Part shown: one piece after another, positions 1-9,013 of the stretch
Position numbering within the stretch: the stretch's first letter is position 1
How the letters are laid out: the number at the start of each line of letters is the position of its first letter
Notes under the pieces: model-generated
What the model was told of the DNA's origin: nothing
Database searches by the model: none
Seen by the model: only the letters and a program-made list of their open reading frames with translations
Virus record (IMG/VR): IMGVR_UViG_3300020450_000061
Coordinates: 1-31,599 of that record
DNA from: a virus
Lineage: Duplodnaviria > Caudoviricetes
Length of the DNA: 31,599 bases
Strand: one strand, 5' to 3'
Position numbers and translations under genes: made by a program

Positions 1-90
1 TATTGGTGGTCTTGCAGTTATAATACCTCCTCTTATAGTTGTACTAGGTACGTTAGCAAGCTCCATAGGTACGCTTATTGGCGTTTTTAC
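1..90. repeat. Terminal direct repeat, copy 1 (circular-assembly overlap)
   Basis: 1-90 matches 31510-31599 except G14 vs A31523; the last 76 bp are identical. Confidence 0.95.
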
Positions 91-1237
91 TTCTTTAAAT
101 ATTGTAACTGGTGGATTATTAATAGCATTAGGTCTTTTAGTAACTGCTTTTACAACAATAGCTAAGCAAAAAGTATTAACAGACACAATAGCAAATCTTA
201 ACAAAGAGCTAGAAGAAAATAAAAAGCTAGTAAAGGAAGTAGCTGAAGAAAATGAAAAAGGCGTACCAGCTGTTTTAAAATTAGAAAAAGCTGAGCGAGA
301 ATTATTAAAAACCGAGTTAAAGCTACTTAAAGCGCAACAAGACAAAGAGCAAGGGCTTATAGCAAATCTTTTAGGTATTGAGTCAGAAGAATATAAAAGA
401 CTTTCAAAACAAATTCAGATAACTGAAAACAAAATAATAGGTCTTGACAATGTAATAGGTCTTTACGAAGAATCTCTAAAAAGCAATAATAAAACAACAA
501 AAAAAGCTGTACAAAATAATAAGCAAGTAGCTGAGTCTTTTAAAAAGGTAAAAGACGAAGTAACTTTTGCAAAAGATGCTTTTAGTGAAGTTTTGGGTAG
601 GACTCAAGAACTATCTACTGCATTTAAAGAGGCTTTTCCAAAACCAGAAGAAATTTTTGACCCAAATACCGTAGCTGTCATTGATGAACATTTTGCGGAT
701 ATTGAAGAAGATTTAATGGCGTTTACTCAAAAGACTAGAGAGCAAATGCAAAAAGCAGCCGAGCAAACTAATTTTCTTGCCGATGCAGTGGGTAGCTCTT
801 TAATAAATGCCTTTACCTCTTTAGCTCAAGGAGGTGACTTTTTTAAATCTTTGATACAAAGTCTTAAAAAATTAGCTATTCAGTTAGCGGCAACTGCGGC
901 AGCCGCTGCCATTTTAAACATACTTCTACCAGCTTTCGGTGGTAGCGGAGCTTTGGCTAAAGGCGGTATAGAGGGTTTTAAAAATATTTTTGGGCGTTTA
1001 TCTGGTGGCGCTGTCCCTTTTGCTAACGGAGGTATCGTATCTACTCCTACTCTGGGCTTAGTGGGTGAGGCATCAACTAGAAACAATCCAGAGGTCATAG
1101 CACCATTAAATAAATTAAAAGGCATGATAGGGCAAGGCTCACAAAAAGTAGAGGTAGGCGGTGAATTTAGGCTGCAAGGTCAAGACTTAGTAGTAGCTTT
1201 GCAAAGAGCAAATAAAAATCGTAGTAGATTACTGTAA
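1..1237 (+). CDS. Tail tape measure protein, C-terminal part (continues from 30671 across the junction; about 691 aa in total)
   Basis: Frame is open from base 2 and in frame with track ORF 593..1237. Ala/Gly/Leu-rich helical sequence ending in the typical TMP motif FANGGIV..PTLGLVGEA..NPEVIAPL. Confidence 0.9.
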   Translation, partial: IGGLAVIIPPLIVVLGTLASSIGTLIGVFTSLNIVTGGLLIALGLLVTAFTTIAKQKVLTDTIANLNKELEENKKLVKEVAEENEKGVPAVLKLEKAERELLKTELKLLKAQQDKEQGLIANLLGIESEEYKRLSKQIQITENKIIGLDNVIGLYEESLKSNNKTTKKAVQNNKQVAESFKKVKDEVTFAKDAFSEVLGRTQELSTAFKEAFPKPEEIFDPNTVAVIDEHFADIEEDLMAFTQKTREQMQKAAEQTNFLADAVGSSLINAFTSLAQGGDFFKSLIQSLKKLAIQLAATAAAAAILNILLPAFGGSGALAKGGIEGFKNIFGRLSGGAVPFANGGIVSTPTLGLVGEASTRNNPEVIAPLNKLKGMIGQGSQKVEVGGEFRLQGQDLVVALQRANKNRSRLL

Positions 1238-3348
1238 TGGCTTACGAGGTAAAATTTGAGTTATTTTTCTCAGACGTAGAAAACAATAAATTCAAAATCG
1301 AAATATTAGAAAAAGATTTTGTATTAGATCGTTTTGGGACTGGCGTACAACCTACTCAGCTTATTGGTACTAGCAATCCAGCTATAATAGAATGGGATGC
1401 AGACGATGACATTTACTCGCCTATAATTGGCTCTAGATGTATTTTAAACTTTTTTGTTACCGACTCAAACACTTATGACGACTTTTTTAAAGCTGGTGAG
1501 AGACAGTATAAGGTAAAAGTATTACAATATGAATCTTATCAGAAAAACTGGGAAGATGAAGAACTAAAATACGAGCAAATAAATCAGAATTGGGATGCTA
1601 AACTAGGAGCTGAGATTTTTTATGAGCCTATCTGGGAGGGGTTTATTGTGAATGACGGATATAGAGAGGCTGTTATTTCAGCTCCTTTTGAGTTAAAATT
1701 AGAGGCTATTGACGGATTGGGTACTCTAGATACTTTTGACGTACCATTTCCCTCTGACAATACAAGCTCAAAACAATCATTATTTTTTTACTTAAAAGAA
1801 ATACTTAAGCTGACTGGTCATGAATTTGATATTTACATAAACAACGACATAAGAAAAACTGGAGGAGCGACTAATGATACGATATTTCATGACATAGAAG
1901 TCAATAGATATATCTTTTCAAACAACAATCTAATTTTAAGAAACGCCAAAGAATCATTAAAAGAAATTTTAAAAGTTACAAATAGTAGAATCTTTCAGTC
2001 TTTTGCTCACTGGTACGTTATAAATAACTCTAGTATTATAGACAATAGAGTAGACCAAGGAACTTACGGAGCTAGTGGAGCTGACATAGCTAACGAAACC
2101 GCTCAGCCTACGCCAGCTAATTTATACAGCGCACCTCTTATAGAGATAGTAGGAGAATCGGTAATGTATGTAGACGGAAACTATGTGCTTACTGTTCTAA
2201 GCTCACAAAATCAGCCAGTAGCTTATCAGTGGACAAGACCAGATAGTAGCACTGTTTCTCAAACTATTGGGACTGCAAACTTTGGCGAGCTATCTACTGG
2301 TATATTAACACTTAGCAATAACTCTGATGTTTACCAGCTTACAGCAACTGACTCAGATGGCAATACTCATAGTGACAATTTCATTTTAAATGTACAAGAT
2401 GCACCTATACAAAATGAAACACAAAGCGGAGGCGCTACAACTGGAATAACTTATTTTCAAATCAATTTAGGTGTGACTGACTCTGTAAGTAACGCCTATG
2501 TTTCAACAAAAAATATTATAATAACTTATGCAGCTGGTGAAGTTGGAAATTCTTTTACCTCGACTTTTAATGTAGTATCAAATAACGGAGAATTCACAAG
2601 CGTTAATAATATTACTTCAGTAGAAACTACAATAGGAACAGCTACAAAAACTTTAGTAGGTAACATAATAAGAGTAACTATAAGCGGTACACTTGTTACT
2701 GGTGGTCATGTTGGTAATGTAGTAGTAAGAGGCTCAGCTGATACTAGAAGATTTACACACACTTATAGCCTCAATGTAAGCGGTCTTACAAATATTAGTT
2801 TATCTACTGCAAATTTAGTAGCCTCTAAATCTGAAGGCGAAAGCTATACTCTTACTAGAACTTTATCAACTTCTAGCGGTTTTGAATTTAAAGGAGCAAT
2901 AGGCTCAGCAGCTGTAATCTCAGCAATACAAAATACTGGTCTAGCTGATAATATTACAATTACCAAAAACTCAGATACTAGCGCTACGCTTACAATTACT
3001 GGCACTATGGGAGTAACAAACGAGTCAGCAACTGTGACGCTTTCTGGTAGTGCTATAAGCAATACTCCAGCAACTTCTGTAACCGCTTCTCCTAGCGCCT
3101 TAGATTTAGCTAATAATTCTGGCTTTGTTGATTTAACAGTTACAGCAAATGGTAATTTTTCAGTAGGTGCGGACAGACCGTTTTTATCTTTCGTGCCTAG
3201 CACTGGGGTAAGCGGTACTCAAAATATCAGAGTAAGATTCTCAGCAAATCAGAGAGTATCAACTCGATCAAATACTATTAACTTTTTTCCGAGAGCTAGT
3301 ACTTCTGTAATAGGTCAAGTCTCGGTAACTCAAGACGGAAGAGCATAA
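1237..3348 (+). CDS. Tail tip/hub-region structural protein with Ig-like domains and a C-terminal BACON-like domain
   Basis: Follows the TMP with a TAATG overlap. The C-terminal half is Thr/Ser/Gly/Val-rich and beta-like, with an Ig/PKD-like YQW...YQLTATDSDG segment. It ends LTVTANGNFSV..FLSFVPSTG..RSNTI..VSVTQDG, resembling BACON. Confidence 0.7.
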   Translation: MAYEVKFELFFSDVENNKFKIEILEKDFVLDRFGTGVQPTQLIGTSNPAIIEWDADDDIYSPIIGSRCILNFFVTDSNTYDDFFKAGERQYKVKVLQYESYQKNWEDEELKYEQINQNWDAKLGAEIFYEPIWEGFIVNDGYREAVISAPFELKLEAIDGLGTLDTFDVPFPSDNTSSKQSLFFYLKEILKLTGHEFDIYINNDIRKTGGATNDTIFHDIEVNRYIFSNNNLILRNAKESLKEILKVTNSRIFQSFAHWYVINNSSIIDNRVDQGTYGASGADIANETAQPTPANLYSAPLIEIVGESVMYVDGNYVLTVLSSQNQPVAYQWTRPDSSTVSQTIGTANFGELSTGILTLSNNSDVYQLTATDSDGNTHSDNFILNVQDAPIQNETQSGGATTGITYFQINLGVTDSVSNAYVSTKNIIITYAAGEVGNSFTSTFNVVSNNGEFTSVNNITSVETTIGTATKTLVGNIIRVTISGTLVTGGHVGNVVVRGSADTRRFTHTYSLNVSGLTNISLSTANLVASKSEGESYTLTRTLSTSSGFEFKGAIGSAAVISAIQNTGLADNITITKNSDTSATLTITGTMGVTNESATVTLSGSAISNTPATSVTASPSALDLANNSGFVDLTVTANGNFSVGADRPFLSFVPSTGVSGTQNIRVRFSANQRVSTRSNTINFFPRASTSVIGQVSVTQDGRA

Positions 3349-4589
3349 TGGGACTTATACAAAACTATATTAAAGATTTTTTAATTACTACCGAAGTAGA
3401 AAACATAAGCTATAAAATTTTTGATTTTGATGGCGTTTACAAGTCGACTGAGGAAGAAAACGTATTATTCAGCTGTCCAGAGAATCTGATACCACTAGAC
3501 AGATCGCTAGTTAAAAGATATGAAAAGCCTCTAAAGGATGTAATATTTAAAAGTAATTTACAGCCATTAAATCACCTAAACGGTAATAGTCAATTTTTAT
3601 ATGGTACAGACGAATGGACTTTAGGCAGCGGCTCTGGTATAGCACAAACAGCGCCCACAATTATTGAAGCTACCGATTTTAACGTAAAGCCATTGTCTGG
3701 CAATAATTACCTACAAGCAAATGGCACTGGCTTAACTAGCCTACTTATAAAATCTGATCTTACTACTTTAAGGCAAGGCTTTCCAATAGAAATCGCTTTT
3801 TCTTATAACGTACAAAAAAATATAGGCTCATTGTCTGGTAAATATTCAATAGGCGTATTTTGTCAATTAGATACAAGCGGAAACGGTACGCCAGATTTAA
3901 TGTATGATTTTGAGAGTAATGAGTTTGTAACTTTTGTAGACGATGGCAACGGTAACGCTACAAAAAAATTCCAAGTAGAAAATAATATAATAGACAAATG
4001 GGTAGGATTTAGAAAAACTTTAGAACCATTCCAAGCCTCAGCTGGTAGTACAGACCCTAGAATATCGGTAGGTATGAATTTTCCAAATAATCTAGCTTTG
4101 GGTGATCTTACTCATATAGATAATTTTACAATAGCTGAAAAATTTGACGTTAACATTTCTAAGATGAAAAGCGTAAGACGACAGTTTTCTTATCTAGGAG
4201 GGTTTACTGGAGTGCATGAGACAGAAAGTATATTTAGCAATGAGCTTTCAGATGATAATAATTTTGTCGGACAGATAGAAAGCTCTTATGAGAGAGCCAG
4301 AGAGACCGTTTTAAAATCTTTAGAGCAAATTACTACTCAACAAATATTAAACGACAATAGAGACTTCCTAACAAAGTATGAGGGCGTATTTAGAAACGTA
4401 GATATAAGAAATTTAGGACTTCATAATAAATTATGGATAAATTTCGGAGGTGACAGCCTACAAGAAGAAAAGTCTGGCTACCTAGATTCAATGAAATTCG
4501 ATGTTAAAAATGCTACTTATGAAATTAGGATGCACTTACCAAACCAAGACAATGACGCCCTATCTACATTTAAGTCAATAGCCGAATAG
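3348..4589 (+). CDS. Tail-associated structural protein, possibly with an internal carbohydrate-binding-like domain
   Basis: 413-aa ORF translationally coupled to the preceding gene; last gene before a terminator. Position suggests the tail tip. Confidence 0.6.
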   Translation: MGLIQNYIKDFLITTEVENISYKIFDFDGVYKSTEEENVLFSCPENLIPLDRSLVKRYEKPLKDVIFKSNLQPLNHLNGNSQFLYGTDEWTLGSGSGIAQTAPTIIEATDFNVKPLSGNNYLQANGTGLTSLLIKSDLTTLRQGFPIEIAFSYNVQKNIGSLSGKYSIGVFCQLDTSGNGTPDLMYDFESNEFVTFVDDGNGNATKKFQVENNIIDKWVGFRKTLEPFQASAGSTDPRISVGMNFPNNLALGDLTHIDNFTIAEKFDVNISKMKSVRRQFSYLGGFTGVHETESIFSNELSDDNNFVGQIESSYERARETVLKSLEQITTQQILNDNRDFLTKYEGVFRNVDIRNLGLHNKLWINFGGDSLQEEKSGYLDSMKFDVKNATYEIRMHLPNQDNDALSTFKSIAE

Positions 4590-4611
4590 GTAAACTGATT
4601 TTTGTTTGCTT

Positions 4612-4646
4612 TCCCCAAAGGAATTTATTCTGGAGGGGATTTTTTT
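4612..4646 (+). terminator. Rho-independent terminator ending the tail operon
   Basis: TCCCC..GAAT-TT-ATTC..GGGGA imperfect hairpin followed by a T run. Confidence 0.7.
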
Positions 4647-4665
4647 AAAATTTTCTTTAAATAAT

Positions 4666-4696
4666 TTTGGTATATTAAAACTTTTTTTTAAATTTG
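4666..4696 (+). promoter_or_regulatory. Bacteroidota sigma-A-type promoter (early P1)
   Basis: TTTG (4666-4669), 19-bp spacer, TAAATTTG (4689-4696); matches the TTTG/TAnnTTTG consensus. Confidence 0.75.
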
Positions 4697-4718
4697 ATAC
4701 ATATTAAAAACTAAAACT

Positions 4719-5045
4719 ATGGCAATACAAAAATATAATGTAAGAGTAAAGTACCCTTATATAGCTATCGTAAATTCTAAATCATATAGCTGGAGAGGTA
4801 ACAAGAGACCTAGTGAATGGGTTATTCATAAATTCACTAGAAACGGAATCATTTTAGATAAGTGGGGTAATGCTAAAAACTATTTTACAATTACTTCAGA
4901 TTTTAAAAAAGCTATTTCTAATGTTAGAAACTGGTATTTTCCAAATCTAAAAGCTACTGGATGGACTGACAAAAAACAGTATAAGACAATCAAAGGCGAG
5001 TCTGAGATTGACTTACTCCTTAGAATTAAATCTGAATATATATGA
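4719..5045 (+). CDS. Hypothetical basic early protein (108 aa)
   Basis: First ORF after P1, with leader AACTAAAACT-ATG. No motif recognised. Confidence 0.7.
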   Translation: MAIQKYNVRVKYPYIAIVNSKSYSWRGNKRPSEWVIHKFTRNGIILDKWGNAKNYFTITSDFKKAISNVRNWYFPNLKATGWTDKKQYKTIKGESEIDLLLRIKSEYI

Positions 5046-5125
5046 AAACAATAACTAAAATCTTTTGCGCCTTATTCTTTGTAATGACGGTATTACAATT
5101 TATAAGAGGCATACTAATAAACTAA
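5042..5125 (+). CDS. Small hydrophobic peptide MKTITKIFCALFFVMTVLQFIRGILIN (27 aa, not in ORF track)
   Basis: ATGA overlap with the upstream stop; fills the gap to the next gene; one TM-like segment. Confidence 0.55.
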   Translation: MKTITKIFCALFFVMTVLQFIRGILIN

Positions 5126-5128
5126 ACA

Positions 5129-5353
5129 ATGATTATAAACGTACAAGAAATTTTTAAAAACGAATTAAAGCGTTTGGGTCTTAATAAAAAAGATGTAGCC
5201 GATCAGCTGGGTATAACCTACCCAGCTCTGGCTGCAAAGATCAAAAACGTAGATAACTTTAAATTCAGTGAACTCAGAAAGTTAGCTGATCTTAATATTA
5301 ACTTAAAACTCGATATATACTATGACACCAGATTTCGCTCAGAAGATGTTTAA
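5129..5353 (+). CDS. XRE/Cro-like helix-turn-helix regulator
   Basis: LKRLGLNKKDVADQLGITYPALAAKIK...FSELRKLA fits an XRE HTH pattern. Confidence 0.8.
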   Translation: MIINVQEIFKNELKRLGLNKKDVADQLGITYPALAAKIKNVDNFKFSELRKLADLNINLKLDIYYDTRFRSEDV

Positions 5354-5756
5354 GGTTTTCCATGAACTGGAAACTTTAACAAGAGATAAAACTAATCCAT
5401 ATTATAAAAGTAATTACGCTGACATAAATAGCGTTTTAGGACAGATAAAACCAGTATTAAAAAAATATGGTTTCTACATTGTGCAACCTATTATAAATGA
5501 TAGGGTATGCACCTTTTTAAGAGATGAAACTGGTAACAGTTTTCCAGAAATGCCAAAAAATGCTAAAGAACTCAATGAAGTTTCTGAATTTCATGGTATA
5601 AAAATAGAAAGTAATGAGCCACAAAAAAAAGGCTCAGAGATTACTTTTTACAGAAGATTCGCCCTTATTTCTTTTTTTGGATTAGAGAGTAAAGACGATG
5701 ACGCTAATGCAACAGTCAAAAACAATAATTATAATAATCAAAATTTCCCAATATGA
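5322..5756 (+). CDS. erf: ERF-family single-strand annealing protein
   Basis: NPYYKSNYADINSVL and QKKGSEITFYRRFALISFFGL..DDD match the ERF signature. Confidence 0.85.
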   Translation: MTPDFAQKMFKVFHELETLTRDKTNPYYKSNYADINSVLGQIKPVLKKYGFYIVQPIINDRVCTFLRDETGNSFPEMPKNAKELNEVSEFHGIKIESNEPQKKGSEITFYRRFALISFFGLESKDDDANATVKNNNYNNQNFPI

Positions 5757-5974
5757 CACAATTTGAACAAAAACCAAACACATTCGTTTTATTTGTAAAT
5801 GACAAAAAAGCGGACAATCAACCAGATTTTACTGGTAAAATAAAAACTGAAAACGGTAAGGAGCTTAAGCTAGCTTGCTGGAAAAAAACTTCTAAAAATG
5901 GAGTGACCTACTTAAGTGGAGTAGTAAATGAATTTGATGACAAGAGCGTCAAATCAGACGGATTACCTTTTTAA
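5753..5974 (+). CDS. DUF736-like putative ssDNA-binding protein
   Basis: LFVNDKK..NQPDFTG..LACWKKTSKNG..YLSG pattern, SSB-like C-terminal DGLPF tail, adjacent to ERF. Confidence 0.7.
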   Translation: MTQFEQKPNTFVLFVNDKKADNQPDFTGKIKTENGKELKLACWKKTSKNGVTYLSGVVNEFDDKSVKSDGLPF

Positions 5975-5980
5975 TTAACT

Positions 5981-6010
5981 GGCGGCTCCCCTGGGTCGCC
6001 TTAAATTTTT
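5981..6010 (+). terminator. GC-rich hairpin (terminator, attenuator or processing site)
   Basis: GGCGGCTC-CCCT-GGGTCGCC stem with two G:U pairs, followed by TTAAATTTTT. Confidence 0.5.
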
Positions 6011-6014
6011 TACC

Positions 6015-6245
6015 ATGGCAATAAAATCAATTATAGATAAAGTAGAAGAAACTAGCCCAGAATTTATTGAGGCTACTAGAATATTTTTTAAAGCTGAGCT
6101 AGATAAAAAAAACAAGATGCTAAAAGAATGTCAAGAAGATTTAGAAATAGTAAAAGACGCTAATCGCTATTTAAATTCTAAATACAAAAAACTAAAAAAC
6201 AAATATTATAAACTCATTAATGAAAAGCAAAATGAAAAAGATTAA
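6015..6245 (+). CDS. Hypothetical coiled-coil protein
   Basis: 76-aa ORF, K/E-rich heptad-like C-terminus. Confidence 0.65.
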   Translation: MAIKSIIDKVEETSPEFIEATRIFFKAELDKKNKMLKECQEDLEIVKDANRYLNSKYKKLKNKYYKLINEKQNEKD

Positions 6246-6993
6246 GGAGTCAAATAGTAAATATCATAGGAATAAAATTATTTCTGGCTCTGGTCTAAAG
6301 ACTATTTACGATCAGTCTATTTATTACTTTTTAAAAGAAAAAAGGACAGAGACTGACGCTATGAGGTTTGGCACTGCGGTACATACTTTACTGCTAGAAG
6401 GTAGAGAAAAATTTAGAAATGATTATTTTTTTATGCCTAAACTAGATCAAAGACTCAAAAAAAATAAAGAGCTGATAATTGAGTACAAAGAAAAAAGTCA
6501 AGGTAAAGTAATCTGGGACACTGTAAAAGGTAGAGAATTTTATTACATATATCAAAATTTTATTTCTTACCCTTTGGCTCTGAATTACACTACTGGCATT
6601 GTAGAGCTTTCTCATTATGATAATTTTAAAGATTGCAGCGTAAAAGTTAGACCAGATTGCTACGAGCCTAATAACTGGGTCGCTGATGTTAAAACTAGCC
6701 GAGACATAACTCAAAGGTCTTTTAGATCAGAGATAAGGCGTAGACATTATGATCTGCAAGCTACATTTTACTGCGATGTATTAGGCATTGACCCTAAAAA
6801 TTTTAGATTTATTGCTGTTAGAAATGTCTACCCTTTTGATTGCGAGGTTTACAGCCTTAATGAAGATATGATTTCTTCTGGTCGTTATAAGTACAATATA
6901 GCCCTAAATCAATGGAAAGACTATATAAAGACTGGTAATGTGACCAGTTTCTATTCAGAAAACCGTAACAAGGATGGCTCAATAATATTATGA
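6220..6993 (+). CDS. RecE/exonuclease VIII-like PD-(D/E)XK nuclease (DUF3799-like); start may be ATG 6232
   Basis: YH..ISGSGLK, AMRFGTAVHTLLLE, KVRPD, DVKT and YDLQATFY motifs. Confidence 0.85.
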   Translation: MKSKMKKIKESNSKYHRNKIISGSGLKTIYDQSIYYFLKEKRTETDAMRFGTAVHTLLLEGREKFRNDYFFMPKLDQRLKKNKELIIEYKEKSQGKVIWDTVKGREFYYIYQNFISYPLALNYTTGIVELSHYDNFKDCSVKVRPDCYEPNNWVADVKTSRDITQRSFRSEIRRRHYDLQATFYCDVLGIDPKNFRFIAVRNVYPFDCEVYSLNEDMISSGRYKYNIALNQWKDYIKTGNVTSFYSENRNKDGSIIL

Positions 6994-7655
6994 TACATTT
7001 AAGACCCTATCACATAAGACGACTCATAGAGGCTGATTTAGGTATTACAATAAACACTAAATCTAGAAGGCGTGACTTAGTTGAGGCTAGACATATTTAC
7101 TGCAAAATAGCTAAAAAACATACGAGTTTTTCTTTGCAGAAAATAGGTAGAGAAATAAAAAGAGATCATACCAGCGTACTACATTCAATAAAAAGGGCTG
7201 ACGAATTTTTGTCAGTAGATATAGACTTTAGTAATAAATATCATAACTTAGAAGATAAATTTTTTGAATTGAGCGCTAATAACTTTGCAAGGTTTTTAAC
7301 TAAAGAAGATAAGCTACAAAATGCAGTGATGCAATATTTTAAGCTAAAACACCCAAAGGCTTTTGTCATACACTGCCCTAATGAGGGTAAGCGTACACCT
7401 TTTGAGCGCTATAAATTTAAATATTTAGGCGGTTTTTCTGGTGTGCCAGATATATTATGCTTTGATAATCGTGGCGGATATTCTGGACTCGCTATTGAAC
7501 TAAAAGTAGGATATAATAAACCTACTGACAATCAGAAGGCTTGTCTTGAAAAGTTAGAAGATAAAAACTGGCTCGCTACATGGGTAAATAATTTTGACGA
7601 TGCAGCTGAAATTATAGATAATTATTTTGATTTTAAAATAGATTTAAATGTATAA
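6990..7655 (+). CDS. Fusion of DnaA domain IV-like HTH and VRR-NUC nuclease
   Basis: N-terminus: SRRRDLVEARHI..SLQKIG..RDHTSVLHS. C-terminus: EDKLQ..HCPNEG..GVPDIL..IELKVGYNKPTDNQ. Confidence 0.8.
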   Translation: MIHLRPYHIRRLIEADLGITINTKSRRRDLVEARHIYCKIAKKHTSFSLQKIGREIKRDHTSVLHSIKRADEFLSVDIDFSNKYHNLEDKFFELSANNFARFLTKEDKLQNAVMQYFKLKHPKAFVIHCPNEGKRTPFERYKFKYLGGFSGVPDILCFDNRGGYSGLAIELKVGYNKPTDNQKACLEKLEDKNWLATWVNNFDDAAEIIDNYFDFKIDLNV

Positions 7656-7902
7656 CGAATATAAAAAGGTCTATTACAACGAGGTCAATCAAAAGGCATG
7701 GCGTACAAACCATACTGACGTAGATAAAAATTTAAATTTTGAGTATGTCGGAAATATGACAGAGGCTGAGTACGAGCTTTTAATAGAGACTTTATTTGAA
7801 TTATATGAAACTAATGAAATAAGTCTTAAGGCTTTTAATAGAATTTTTGGAGATATTAGAACTTTTTGCGACTACATAAAAAAACTCGTAGAAAACGCCT
7901 AA
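7648..7902 (+). CDS. Hypothetical protein
   Basis: 84-aa ORF overlapping the upstream gene in the replication operon. Confidence 0.65.
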   Translation: MYNEYKKVYYNEVNQKAWRTNHTDVDKNLNFEYVGNMTEAEYELLIETLFELYETNEISLKAFNRIFGDIRTFCDYIKKLVENA

Positions 7903-7905
7903 CAA

Positions 7906-8583
7906 ATGAAACCTACATATTACGCTATTTTACCAGCGGAGGTAAGATATTCTAAAGACTTGTCGCCTAGCGCTAAGATTCTTTATGCCGAAATAAGTGC
8001 GCTAACAAATAAGAGCGGTAAATGTTATGCGCAAAACTGTTATTTTGCTGAGTTATATAATGCAAAAAAAGGGACTGTAAGTCGATGGATTTCACAACTA
8101 GAAAAACATAAATTTATAAAAATCAAAGTTATAAGAAACAAAAATAAACAAGTAACTAAGCGTTACATTTTTGTTAATACCTACCTTAAAAAAATCACAT
8201 ACCCTATGTTAAAAAAAGCTAAGGATAATATTAATATAGATAATAATACTATAAAAAAGAATACTACTGCCGCTTTTTGCTCTCAAGTTTTAAATTCTTA
8301 TAGCCATATTATAGAATTATTTCCAGAGGCTAACCGCCCAAAAAATGAGAAACAGAAAAACGACTGGCTACAAATTATAAAACTATGTAAGACAAAAGAT
8401 AAAATTAACACCAGACAGTTGTATTACATTTTACAAAAAGTAAGATCAGATGAATTTTGGAGCGAAAATTTCTTATCCTTGCTTACCCTTAGAAAATCTA
8501 AGAATGGCGTTAGAAAGCTAGATAGGTTTCTAGCAAAGTTTAAAGACAAAAATTTTGATTTAATTTATGAATCCAGTAACTGA
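7906..8583 (+). CDS. Phage replication initiator / replisome organizer with N-terminal HTH
   Basis: YYAILPAEVRY..LSPSAKILYAEISAL..CYAQNCYFAELY..TVSRWISQL is typical of phage HTH initiators; lies upstream of the helicase. Confidence 0.75.
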   Translation: MKPTYYAILPAEVRYSKDLSPSAKILYAEISALTNKSGKCYAQNCYFAELYNAKKGTVSRWISQLEKHKFIKIKVIRNKNKQVTKRYIFVNTYLKKITYPMLKKAKDNINIDNNTIKKNTTAAFCSQVLNSYSHIIELFPEANRPKNEKQKNDWLQIIKLCKTKDKINTRQLYYILQKVRSDEFWSENFLSLLTLRKSKNGVRKLDRFLAKFKDKNFDLIYESSN

Positions 8584-9013
8584 AAAGATCACCTCTGAAA
8601 TAGAATTAGCTGTTTTAAAAGCCTTAAAACCGTATGGCGATTTTAAAAAGTCAGACGATAAGTTTTCTACTTATGATCTTTTTGGCACTACAAGCGGTGA
8701 AAAAACACTAATAGAAATAAAAAACAGAAGTACTGAGTACGATTATTGGTATATAGAAAAAGCAAAAATTGACAGACTTGTAGCCTTTAAAAATAAAGCT
8801 AAATATGAGTTAAGGATTTATCTTTGCATGGTCGTAGAAAACAAAGCCTATTTCTATAACGCTAATGAGATTGCAAAATGTCAAGTAAAAGAAGTTTATA
8901 TAAACAATTACACAAATGAAGAATTAAATATTTCAAAAATTATGCCTAAAAAATCAATAAGAAAACTATATTGCTTTCCCAAAAATATTTATAAAACTAA
9001 AATTCTAATATGA
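8567..9013 (+). CDS. Putative PD-(D/E)XK nuclease
   Basis: YDL..LIEIKNR..IEKAK pattern. Confidence 0.6.
   Translation: MNPVTEKITSEIELAVLKALKPYGDFKKSDDKFSTYDLFGTTSGEKTLIEIKNRSTEYDYWYIEKAKIDRLVAFKNKAKYELRIYLCMVVENKAYFYNANEIAKCQVKEVYINNYTNEELNISKIMPKKSIRKLYCFPKNIYKTKILI

Noticed and set aside
593-1237. Stand-alone 214-aa gene with TTG start
   Set aside because: The frame is open upstream to base 2 and across the junction; it is the TMP C-terminus.
4590-4611. Third antisense RNA before the tail terminator (TTTTTGTTTGC complements GCAAACAAAAA at 29946)
   Set aside because: Single low-complexity match, no shared seed with the other two candidates and only a weak promoter variant.
5129-5353. Lysogeny switch
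   Set aside because: Only one short HTH in the direction of the lytic genes; no divergent repressor, integrase or att site recognised.
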